Shown here one piece after another: positions 20,251-31,440 of a stretch of 64,000 nt of DNA. Position numbers and translations under genes: made by a program. The notes beneath the pieces are model-generated. The model saw only the letters and a program-made list of their open reading frames with translations. It did not search any database and was not told where the DNA came from. Position 1 is the first letter of the stretch; the number at the start of each line of letters is the position of its first letter. This DNA comes from Epithemia pelagica (Eukaryota > Protista > Bacillariophyta): positions 558,001 through 622,000 of the forward strand of contig OX337237.1 of assembly GCA_946965045.2 (NCBI GenBank). The letters are read 5' to 3'.

Positions 20251-22688
20251 TAGCAAATCTCCGAAGGCTCCGAAGGATGATGAAACCTTCACTGACTACT
20301 ACGATGAACAATGGAATAAGGATAACCTTTCGGTGGATCAAGAGGGCACGTTAAAACGTTTGCTTGGTGGAATCCAAATTCAGGATCTCAAAAGATCAGA
20401 TGACTTTTTTTAATTCAGTTCAAGAGGAGTTGAAGATCGACTTGTCTCACTTCTTGAAGACTGGCGAAGAAGTCCATCGTCAATCCGTCCCCTTGGACTC
20501 TTTGAGAATGGCTCCCTATGACTTTGGATTCAGCCTGCGCCTTGCGCACGACGAGGACCTGAAACTTTTCTTGCAAGAATTGGACAAGGTGAGACAATGG
20601 CACAAGGATGCCAAGATCCGTGATACATATCTTTCACCGACCTTGACAATAGTGCAATCTAGTGGAACGGGCAAATCTAGACTAATGATTGAGGCAAAGA
20701 AACAACTTGAGACAAAGAAGAATGCATGCCGGACTATTTTACTATCATCGAAGGACCACGACAACCTTGAAAAAGATACATTTGATACCTCTTACTGCAT
20801 TCCTGACACCCTGCCTGGAGAAGATGGTTTGAATAAAGCACGAGATATGTTTCGCAATATGATTTTCCATCAATGCGCCGAGGCAATTTCAAAATCAAAT
20901 CCCAATGGGGAACCGAACGAAAATGATCCGACCGAGGTTATTCTGTTTTTCGACGAAGCTCAACACCTGGCAAAGCACGGCGGCTACTTGTTTCGTGTGC
21001 TGCGATGGATTCTTCGAGAGAACCCTGAAATTTCTAATGACAAGAAGAAATATCGAATTGTTGCTGTTTTGGCGGGGACAACCACGTCATTGACCAATTT
21101 TTTCCCCGAAGTTAAGGCACAGTCGTCGGACACGAGAGTTCTTAACACCGAGGGCGCATATTTCGAGAAGGGGGAAACACCGTTTGACCCGTTCTTCATG
21201 TTCCGAACGATGGGATGTCTTGCAAACCACCCCGACGTTAGGACTCCTCAAAGCATGAGTGAAAGTGAATACGACAATATGATTCGATATGGTCGTCCCT
21301 TGTTCGCAGCAATGCACAAGGAGAAAAGGTTGGGCAATAACGAGATCTTTGAAATTGCCAACAAGATTATCCTGGGAGATATGACAATGCCTCTGGCGTC
21401 TTGTCTCAGTGTACTGGGAACTCGTATCCAGATGGGACAGACATCTGTTGCCATGGTGTCAAGACTAGTCTCCAAAGGCTACGCTCACTTGACATCGTTT
21501 CAGCAGGCACCAAAGCGGTCTGACGTACCGTCTAAGGCAACATTTACGTTCTTGCCAGACCCTGTTTGCGCCCGGATCTGTATGGCACTCATGGACAAGG
21601 ACTTTGCTATCCAAGGTGGACGGAATGGGAGAGAACGTACGCTTGACGCGACTATCACTGGGAACAAGAAGACCTTTTGGTCCGCTAAGATGGGCGAGCT
21701 TTTTTCGAACAGTATATGCGAGGCCAACAAGGGGGACTACGGCGAAGTGGCATCGGCTTTGTTTTTGTTGTTTTGCGGAGACATTCTTCGCAAGAAGGCA
21801 GACCCTGACTACAAGACATTCTCAGTTGCCCTGGGTCAATATCTTGAACAGATTGCAAGAAATGACAATGCTACTGAGGATGATGACCCGACGAACGTAG
21901 AATCAGGCCATGCGATATCAAATTGTCACGTGAATTTCATACAGTTGTTTCAATATAGATTCCACGTTGCATTGTCCGATCTTGGGCGGTCGGAATTTCT
22001 TGAGGGTTTGTACAACAAGGCTTGCGCAATATACTGTCCAAACAACCGGGAAGCAGCAGATTTGGTGGTTCCCTGCCGATCAATGGCATTGTCAGGAAGG
22101 GTTGAGTACATTCCCATCTTTGTGAGTGTCAAGAACCAAGCTAGCGTGTCTCCCGCGAAGGCGAACGGCTTCCTGTCTGAATCATTGAAGAAACTTCACT
22201 CAGCCGGTATCACAAAAGGTTTGTTGCTCCTGTGTCTCGTTGGACAAGATCGGGAGGATTTGAGACGGTCAGACTATAACAATGTTCTCGGCAAGGAGAG
22301 AACCGATAGCTTGTCCTCATTGAAGTTGGACGATGAGCTAAAGAAAGCCGTATGTAGCAACGTTGACAATTTGAGAGAAAAGCTGGTTCCCAAGATGTTT
22401 TGCATTCATAAAGACGAATTTGGTATCTATGAGGCTGTTATGGCTTCCAAGTCGCAGAAAGCGTTTCAACGAGCCGATGTGTTTACAATGCACCATGAGC
22501 TTTTGCATGAGGAACAAAAAGAAAGTGACAAGAACACCCAGTTGCCGTCCTTTATATCCTCGTTTAGGAAAGAGCCGAGGGATTTGTATAAGAAAACGTT
22601 GGGTTGCGTGAGTAAGTATTCCACGAGACTGACTGATGTGAAGGAATCCAAGCTAGAGAAGTCTCTAGAGGATGAAGCAAAAGACTAA
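19856..22688 (+). CDS. Crinkler/RHS-like protein A: header, P-loop NTPase, PD-(D/E)xK-like REase; exons 19856-19955 and 20172-22688 with a +1 frameshift in a T7 run at 20405-20411
   Basis: GTAAGT donor at 19956 and CTAG acceptor ending 20171 give a phase-1 in-frame join. Walker A QSSGTGKSR, Walker B ILFFDEAQ, YGRPL, REase-like ADLVVP...FVSVKN. Removing one T joins track ORFs 20159-20413 and 20364-22688. Confidence 0.75.
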
Positions 22689-22739
22689 GTAGAGTATTAT
22701 CGCTGAGACTTTGTCTTTATTTTTCGTGAAGTGACATTT

Positions 22740-24455
22740 AGTGAGTTTTGAGTTCGAGCAGTATCCCGCATAGGAGGTGACGTACTGGTGTCACTTGAGG
22801 GATCGACGAGGCGCACATCCCGCAGTTGCCGCCCCGCAACTCACTCAAAGCGTGCGAGCTCTTCTAAAGAAAAGCTCGATGTTGCCGTTCAGGTTGACAT
22901 ACATTTCTTCCCCATCGCGTCGTACTCATCTTTGGGTCCTCCTGTCTGGACAACGTGGACTGTGTGGTCATGAAACATCCATGCCAACTGTCCCAATGAG
23001 GTGCCACTCATGCGACCATTTGTTTTTCATCGGGATAACCATTCCTCTCATGCTGAACTCATAGTCTTGCTGGCTTTGGTTTTGCCTCCGCCGACCCACA
23101 GGACAAGTCCAAATCGGCACACGTTTCCACGGATTCAGTCAAGGCTTGTTGATCGGCATTCGTCCAGGTCAAGGTGGTAGTGGCATTGCGCAGAATGCGC
23201 CGTCGTTCTTGTTCTTAAGCGACATGCGCATATCCACATTGGAGAGCGACCATCACGACGGTATCCGGGGCCTCTGCGGTTTGGTCCACAACTTGTTGCA
23301 AGACTTGACGTCAGGCGGCTTGTTCCGTGTCATTGCAAACACGGTAGTGTGTCCAAGCCAAGAGAGTTCGATTCTTCATCTCTAGATTTATTGTGGTTGG
23401 CGACATAGGACAGGACGGTCCGCGCCGTGGTGGAATCCAGGACGGTTTCCATGAACAAGGCATGGGCGGGAGTGGCCTGACACTCCATGTACTTTTCAAG
23501 CCAGGCCGAGGGTCCAATGGCCACGGCCGCATTGTCATTGCCATTGTTGCTGCGTCGGGTCAAGGCTTTCCCTGGAGTGGTACTCTTGGTATCGTGGAGA
23601 TCAAACGCGGTGCCCTGTCTCGCTCGACCCGCGGCCAAGTCCAAGCTCGTTTGGGCATCTTGTCGACTGCAGTGCGGTTGATGCGGACTCTGAATGACGC
23701 GGTGCAACAGGACACGCGTCAAATGACGGAGGGAATACTTGAACGAATCATCATATCCAGTGGCCTCAATCAAGGTAAAGCGTGTCAAGGCGGCCCGATC
23801 TTGGGTCGTTTCCACCATTTCGCAATCCAAGGCAAAAAGTTTGGGCGCTTGTTGTGGTTGTTGTTGCTCTTGTTATGATTTTTAGTGTGGTTGTGGTTGT
23901 TGCAGGCCAAGAGGGTGGTCAAGAGGGTGGTCAAGTCTTGCACGAGCAATTGGTGGAGGGCTCGGGTCGCTGTATGGACTTCCAGGACCACGACACATGC
24001 GACACTGACGGGATTGTGCAAACACAGCCAGGCCGGGGAAGACCCTTGTATCGAACGACAGATGACGACGAAGCTTGGTGGTACGATCGTTTCGTTCCGG
24101 GTGCCAATTTGGTGGTATCATTGATCTCGGGTGGTGTTACTGTTATGGTGGTGGATGTTGGCATGGCGAGGCTGAACAAAATATCTTTATGATGCGATCC
24201 TTCGAGCAGACGTCCTTCGGGACAACCACGTCTCCAATAAAAGGTGGCAGCCACCGTGTCGTCACTATGGTCGTCGTCGTCGTCTGCTGTAGTGGTAGTT
24301 GCATCGCCAGGGTCATCTGGTTGCTCTTGTGGTGGACCACACGGGCGTGAACGACGACGATGCCTCACCAAGGTGCGCCATTCATACAACTCGTGGACCG
24401 ACACGAGGCCACTGACACTGGCATGTATGGCGACGGTGCTCCATCGTTTGCGCAA
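22740..24455 (-). pseudogene. Decayed REXO1/REXO5-like DEDDh RNA exonuclease gene (partial second copy ~17041-17900; 3' tail again at ~33990-34090)
   Basis: KLFALDCEMVETT..AALTRFTLI is the Exo I motif of REX1-type nucleases; several in-frame stops and frameshifts follow between 23310 and 22800. Boundaries are approximate. Confidence 0.55.
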
Positions 24456-26805
24456 CTTTTTGTATCGACCCTTGTCCTATTTCGTCTACCCATTTTGGTC
24501 TATGGTCGTTGTTGGGTTGTGGTGGTTTGGTTCTTGGTTCCTGGGTGCTGCGGCAGCTTCTATTCCCCCAGCAAGACGTGTGTGTATATGTATTTGTATG
24601 TATGTATGAAGGTTGTTGTGGTTGTGGAACACAACGTTCTCGGCGGACATTCCAGTCGATGTGGTGGGCGATGCAACATGTTTCTCTTGTCGTGCTCTCG
24701 GTTGTTCTCTTCTTGTTCAATCTCTTTGTTGATCGGTTCTCTTGTTTGATCTCTTTTGCTACGCAGAATCCAGGTGCTACATGACAATAGGACTACAAAA
24801 GTTTCAAGTTTTATGTCATGTTCTGCTCTGTTGTTTTCTTGTTGCGTGCTTGTTGCCCCGCCCCGTACAGACCAAACGGACTCCTTGCAAATTCTATTTT
24901 TCAATTTTCATGGCTGCATCTAATTCCTCCACCAGTCTCAACAGACTGCTGGTGCATGCGGAGAGTCTCCCACTCTCGCTGTGAGCCTTTCAAGGACCAT
25001 TGAACGGAATACCGATGTTTGGACAATCATGGTTGAAGCCCTGTGTGGTTTCTCGGGAGACATTTTTGTTTCAATTGGCATTGCTGGACGACCTACAATG
25101 TGTTTAGCTTGAAAGCAGTGCCTTCACCGAACATCCATCTAGGTAGGGAAGTATGAAACAACTGTAACACATCTCTTTCACGGGTGGCTTGGATCTGTTC
25201 TTGGAAGCCAACCGCACATCTACGATGGCGAGCGACATTTGACTAACAGCAATCATTTATCGCAAGATTTATCAAACTCTCAGTGGCCCCCAATCCTTGT
25301 TAATTCCCAACAAACCAACAAATTACGTTGAGCATGAAACGCTCTTTTTCCGTTAGCAGTTGAGCGTCTCTGTGGAGGCCGTTTCCAATCGGTGCGTAAG
25401 TTTCGTGCGAACATCTTGGTTGACAAGCTTGACTCGTCCATCTGTGACCCTGAACTTACCATATAAGATGCCGGTGCCCAGATATTTGATTTGGCAATGC
25501 TCCAGGCAAAGGCGCACAGGGCGACCCTATTTATCATTTGTCGTATGCCTCCCCCCAAGCTTTTCACAGCCAGCAATTTCCAGGGATTCAACTTCGCTAC
25601 AGACCAATATTGTGGTCGGACAAATGCCTCCAGATTGTTAGCAGGAACAATGAAAATGAACCGATCTTTGTCAAAGACAACAGGTGTGGCTCGTCGTCGA
25701 CTTGCAATGCTTGCATTTTTTGTCGCTCTTCTTCCCAAACCTTGGATTCTTCTTCTTCTTTTTGTGCCTTGCGTCCTTTTCCTGCTTCTTCTCGACGTTT
25801 TCGTACTTCGGCCGATTTGGTCATGTTGCGACTGTGATCGTGACAGGTCCAGCGGAGGCTGCTTTCTTGTTTTTTCCTCTCCTCCTCCACACGGGCAGCG
25901 GCAGCCACTGTGGAAAAAGGATCGTGGCTGCTACATGCTGTCGTTCGTTCCTTGTCGTCGTAGTCCTCGTCATCCTCTTCATCTTCGGCCTTCGGCATTT
26001 ATCGGCCTTTCCGGAATCTCCACGAGGACCAACTCCACGTTTGTTGAATCGTCCCTTGGCCATGGTGATGCTGTTGCGGGGATTGCTTTCGGTGGATAGA
26101 ATGGAACGATATCTGATAGCGTTCATCTACCTGTCGTCGTGGTTGTCGTGACGATGTCGTCCGACAATGGGAGTAACTCGACTTTGTGGCTTTGAATGTC
26201 CTGATGACTGTCGTGAGAATGTCGTGATTGTCGAAAAATGTCGTATTCGCATCGTTAACTCGTACTCAATACTCAATACTAAACTCAGCCGTCCTTCTTC
26301 GTTTGTGAAAAACTCTTGAAACAACCACCGAGAGATTGGAGATTCTTCACGAGTCATTTCTTTATCAATGGTCAACGTTGTTTCTTTGGATCCAGAGAAA
26401 CCGTTCTCCCATGAACCATCCATCTATCTACAATAGCGCACGGACTGCGTTACACCACCTGAGAACGAGATGCGTCGGTCCGCGAGATCTGCAGATTCCT
26501 TCTTCATCCCGTAAGTTCCAGGCTTTTTCTCCTTGTGACTGTTGCTAAGAATGTGTACTAGCTAGATAGCCCAAGTCGTACAAAGCTCATGGCGCCTTTC
26601 GAACAGGTGCATCTATAGATGGACCTTGTATGGAACACCGCTGTTGGACTGTTGCTCCGTATTCCGCCTAGCATTCGAATAGGATTTGTCTTACCCTTTC
26701 CCTCACCGCTGTCTTGTGCTCCCCAGGTAATGCTTTACTGCGGAACCTTTCAAAGGCTTACGTAGCAACCACTGCTAAAATACCTGGAACGAAAGAAGCC
26801 AATGT
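23478..26805. repeat. Segmental duplication, copy 2
   Basis: Matches 17041-20250; offset 6437 at the start and 6555 at the end. Confidence 0.95.
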
Positions 26806-29059
26806 CTCAAACTCTGTTCAGCTTAGTCTCAAAAAGATCCCAACAGGAAAACATTTGAAGCTTTCATCAGCGGATGCGTTGTTCGCATGGTTGAAAGAAC
26901 GTATGAACGACCAAGCGGTGTTGGCCTCTGGCGCTAATCTACTGTCTCCTGAAAGTATGGAGTTTACCCTTGAAGGCCGCCAACAAGCGATGAAAACAAC
27001 CGAAAGTTGTCTAAAAAAACTATTTGAATCCGCTACAAAGGGTAAAAGCGATCGAAGGGATTATCCCTTTCCTGTTTGTTCTGCAATGTCCGGCATTGGC
27101 AAAACCCGTTTGTTGGATGAGTGGGTGAAGAAATTCAACGACGATGCAGATATCTGGAGCGATGTAAATTTTCCACCTACAAAACAAAGGTTGGCGCTTG
27201 TCTTGAGTTATGGAAATGGCCATTCGGTGGTATCTGAGGAGAGGTCAATGGGTGCCCATGCTGGCTTCGCTTGGCGGCTTCTCTATGCTATTTTTCTTGA
27301 AAGAAACAGCAAGTTAAATGGTTGGCAACACTTTTGGACATCGTTGCCAAGGAATGCCGATGAACTCACACTTGGTGACGTTTTTAAAGTAATTCAGAGG
27401 GTTCTTGGATTAAATGATCAAGACAAATGTGCTCTCTTCGTTGGGATCGATGAGTATCAACGCATTCCCCCAAATCATGTCGACGGGGAAGATGCGTTGG
27501 CGAATTTTCTCGATGCCATGTTCAGTGAAATGACAAAACAAAACAGTGTGGTGATGCTTCCCATGTTTGCGGGTACGGACTGGTCAAAGATGTCATTGGC
27601 AGCCTCAGCATCGTCAAATGCATACGCAGCGGCTATAAGCACTAAGCGGGTCCGAATGCCGCTGCTCGACACAGAGGCAATGAGAAAGGCGGTGTATGGA
27701 AGAGGCGACGGCATGAAAGAACTTCTCCTGCAAGATATTTTTTGCAGACATCTATTCTTTCTGGGTGGTGTTCCACGCCCATGCACAGAATATGCAGACG
27801 AATGCCTCACATGGCAGAAGACGAATGGAGATGAATCACCGCATGCGGCGAAAGAAGAGTACAAAAACACCTTTGAAGAAAAGTTCGGAGAATTCTTCGA
27901 TAATGTGTACAGCACCGTTCCGAGAAGCGATGAAACGCCAAAAGCAAAAAAAAGGAAAGAGAAAACAGGTTTTACCCTACGCGAGCTTATTTGGTTGGTG
28001 GCCTACTCAGTCAACGGGGCAACAGTCACGGAGGAGGATACGCCATTTGCGAGAATTGAAGAATCAAAGATCAAACATCTCTCTTTTAGACGTCTCCGTG
28101 ATGGCTCTGTTTGCATCCTTGGCGACGACAGAAGGCTTCAACTTCCATATTGCTTCTTCTATCATCTGAGCAAAGTGGACAAAAGCAATCACAGGTTGCC
28201 CCCAGCAGAAGACGCTTTCATGGACGCTTTGAAGTATCTTGGGGATTTTGTGGATAACAACGTTTTTAATCCTTCGAATGCTCCTTGGCAGCAATGGGAA
28301 CTATTTGGCGCTTGTTTCGTTGCGCTTCGTATCAATGCGCTTTGTATCACATCGGCTACAAACGTTTCAACACTGAAGAAGCTCTTCAATGGTGCAGAGA
28401 CCAACGTGTCCAATTTAACTGTCCGTCTCAAGCCAATGCGGGTGGTTCAGATGAATGAGCCACTTAATGATTCCTTGCCTGCTTCGATTCTCTTTAAGGA
28501 CTACCCGAGGCCAGTAAACTGGATCAAAGAAGGGTTGGTTGTATTGAATGGCGACAACGGCAAGGGAATCGATATCTTCTACACACTGGAACTGGACGGG
28601 AATCCAGGCAATTATGTTTTGATAGCCGATCAACGCAAACGAGTCCATGGTCATCTAAACATACCAAAAACCATCAACAAAGCTCGCGCAGTCCTTCAAA
28701 ATAATCGATTTCCGGAAGTTCAGCATGTTGTCGTGGCTCTTTTCAGCATGTTCACGGTACGAAAACTGGATGACCTTCCTCCTGATTCAATTGCCGTTAC
28801 ATTTGATCAGCACAAAACTTTCCATGGGGCCTTGCACCTGCACCCTGCGGCATCTGTTTGTGTTCGCGTAAATGTCGATAACCAGACTGCTCTAGAAGGC
28901 CTCTTCTGTAAATCAGCGCGAGCTGGGGCCCAAAAAATAATCCAGGAGCGCAGCCAAGGGCGCGTTATAGTTTCTTTTGAGAATTTACAAGTTCTGTTGG
29001 GAGACGAGGCAGATAATCTTTGGGATGATGCAGTGGATCTTTGCAGCTTTTCTTGTTGA
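26411..29059 (+). CDS. Crinkler/RHS-like protein B (810 aa): same header, different NTPase, REase, C-terminal helix-hairpin-helix; exons 26411-26510 and 26727-29059
   Basis: GTAAGT donor at 26511 and CCAG acceptor ending 26726; the spliced ORF is intact. Walker A SAMSGIGKTR, Walker B FVGIDEYQ, LGGVPR, REase WELF...GIDIF...DQRKR, and a ComEA-like VNVDNQ..L...AQKIIQER...SFENL tail. Confidence 0.8.
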
Positions 29060-29143
29060 TGCATTTGGCCACATATCGATTACTGTATCTTGTCGTAGAC
29101 AAAGATCTGGTGACTCAGGGGTGGTGTCCATTGTTCTCATAAA

Positions 29144-29777
29144 ATGAAAGGGTTGCAGAAAGAGTTACCGATTAAGAAAAAAATGACTGCAGCAACGAAA
29201 CATTATGTTTTTAGGGTGTTCTTTAATTACAACCGGCGAGGGGAGAAGGCAAAAGCCGAAAGCGCAAGGGAGGAGTCGCTTACATACCTGACACGGTTGT
29301 TTGAAAGGGTTGCACAATTTGCGTGCATCGCCAAGGACGAGAATAAGGACAAACCCTGTTTCATGCTGAAGGGGTATGTGAGCCTTAATTCTCCTTGCAC
29401 ACAACCTCATATTAGACGATGGCTGGGAAAATGCAGCATTTGTTATCCTTCAAACTTTGGAGACACAATCAACCTGTGTCGGCTGGTCTGTGTCGACAAA
29501 TGTTTGGTTACAGTGGGTCGCCTGTCTCAGGCGGGTAATTCAAACGCAAAAAACACTCACCAAAGACCCAAAATTTGTCGTCAAGCTTCTAGTCGATTCA
29601 ACTGAAGGGAGGGATGGAACGCTTTTGTTGGAGTCCAAGTTTGCTTCCAACACGTCACTCGGCAATCCGGTCGCGCATTTACTAGCTAGCTATGTGTCGA
29701 GAGAGTCAATCAAAAGTCACAAAAGGTTCCTACTCCTATTACTCCTATATAGTAGGAGTAAGTACTCCTACTCCTAA
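29144..29777 (+). pseudogene. Degenerate HUH/Rep-endonuclease-like ORF with one extra A in the A6 run at 29548-29553 (210 aa if repaired)
   Basis: The layout KHYVFRVFFNY / FACIAKDE / FMLKGYVSL / IRRWLGK / FGD..NL.RL..VDK...VG parallels CRESS Rep motifs I-III, but the HUH histidines and catalytic Tyr are absent. Confidence 0.35.
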
Positions 29778-29782
29778 TTCTT

Positions 29783-30534
29783 TACTCCTATTGTACAAGG
29801 AGGGCAAACGAAACGATGATGGTTTTTGCTCTTTTGTCGCTCTCTTGAATTTGTGATGGTTGGTTGTAAGGTTGTATTGACTGTACTTTTACCCACAGTA
29901 CGAGTACGTGCGTCAAACTCCGTAGTTGTCTTTTACGGCCTAAAAAAACAGCCAAAAGTACGACAGTTGCTTGTATGATATACCACAGTAGTATTAATAC
30001 TTCCCGGTGTCGAGTCCTTTCAAGGAGGGACCGCCCGGCGCGGAGGGTAGAATGACGAGGAGGGCAATGGTCGAGGAGGGCGCACGCCCGACAAGACAAT
30101 TGCCCGTCGAGTCATTCTCCCGACAAGCCGGGCGCGCCCGACGCGAGAGGACGGCGAGACACGGGGAAGTAGTAAACTTACTCCCTATCAAGCTGTGTAG
30201 GTAGTGAGGATTTCCTGGAAGCCATGTCACAAAGTGTCACACAAGTGTCACACAAGTGTCACACACGAGAGGGAAACCGCGCGACTCGCACGAAACTACT
30301 TTCCGGTCGTACAAAAATTCTTACTGTAGTATAAAAATGTGAGACGAACTACCTACACAGTCTGGTATGGAGTTAGTCCAAAGAGGGCAGTGTGTAGATA
30401 CCACTATGTGCTCGCGCAATACCACAACCTCGTCTACTGCCTTCACCTAGAGCCTACTGAAGAAAATACTACATTGGTTGTATTTCCTACCTACTCCTAT
30501 TGTACAAGGAGGGCAAACGAAACGATGATGGTTT
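29783..30534. repeat. 43-bp exact direct repeats (29783-29825 and 30492-30534) bracketing a 709-bp unit
   Basis: TACTCCTATTGTACAAGGAGGGCAAACGAAACGATGATGGTTT occurs twice. Confidence 0.9.
30225..30266. repeat. 11-bp tandem iteron-like repeat
   Basis: AAGTGTCACAC three times (30232-30264), preceded by a partial TGTCACA. Confidence 0.9.
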
Positions 30535-30682
30535 CCATCGTAACTCGGATGAAAAATGTCTCTGGACTGCCGGCATCATTATAGGTCTTTCGAACTCTCG
30601 CAGCGGCAAAAAGAGGGAGGAGCACAACTCCAGTCATCTTTCAGTACTATGATGGGTCACAAGTATCATCTAATGCTGACAG

Positions 30683-31432
30683 TCAATCAAATTGTCTCAA
30701 TGAAGGACCATCCAGCAGAAGCTTGTACAGGGCAGAGTTCTTATCCATCAATGGAAACCTTTCAAAGGTCTGGCAGGGTTTCAACTCATCTCCAAGAGCA
30801 AATTCATTGTTAACAATAATCCCATTGGAATAAGCAACTGCTGCGAAATGCCCGCCTAGTCCTTTTGTCATTCCAGGAAGCCTCCAGACTTTATTGTGTT
30901 TCGTGTCAAGAACCTCCACGGAACGCACTCTGGCGTCACCCTCATTTTCAACAGAAAATCGATCGTCACTACGACCTCCGACCACAAGCAGGCATGTTCC
31001 AAGGCGGACAACAGAATGTCTGAAACGAGGAAGAGAAAGAACCAGATTATTGTGCATTTTCCATGACAAAGAAGGTGCAAGGGTCGATTCTTGAAAATCA
31101 CTTCCATCGTTGCCTGAATCAGCCGACAAGTCCAAGTATTCGACGGAAGTTAACATCTCATGTCCTCCAATAATCTTCTTTCCACCAATGACGTAGACAC
31201 GTGAACCAATGGCCGCCATTCCGAAGTAGATACGAGGAACATTCATGGATGGTCCTTGGAAAATGAAAGGTTGACTTGCTTGAGCTATGTCAAGAATATC
31301 CACATTTCCATTACAATCTGTTCCACCAATTACAATGTACCTGTTTTGGACCACGGTAGCTGAGCATGAACAACCAGTAGACAAACGACACTGCAATATT
31401 TTCCACGGTGTTTTCTTCTCAGTCTTGTTCAA
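30683..31432 (-). pseudogene. 5'-truncated kelch-repeat protein
   Basis: Kelch units YIVIGG, PR..FG...IGSRVYVIGG, PRFRHS...LLVVGG and SVEVLD. There is no ATG before the first repeat: an in-frame stop lies at 31448-31450, just inside the abutting CRN copy C. Confidence 0.75.
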
Positions 31433-31440
31433 ATAAGCAC

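Noticed and set aside
30225-30266. Short tandem repeats as a CRISPR array
   Set aside because: 11-bp units with no spacers, no cas genes, eukaryotic context.
30683-31432. Kelch gene as a RAG2-like partner of the RAG1-like transposase
   Set aside because: It lies 14 kb away beyond several host genes, has ordinary GG-type kelch repeats and no PHD, and is truncated.
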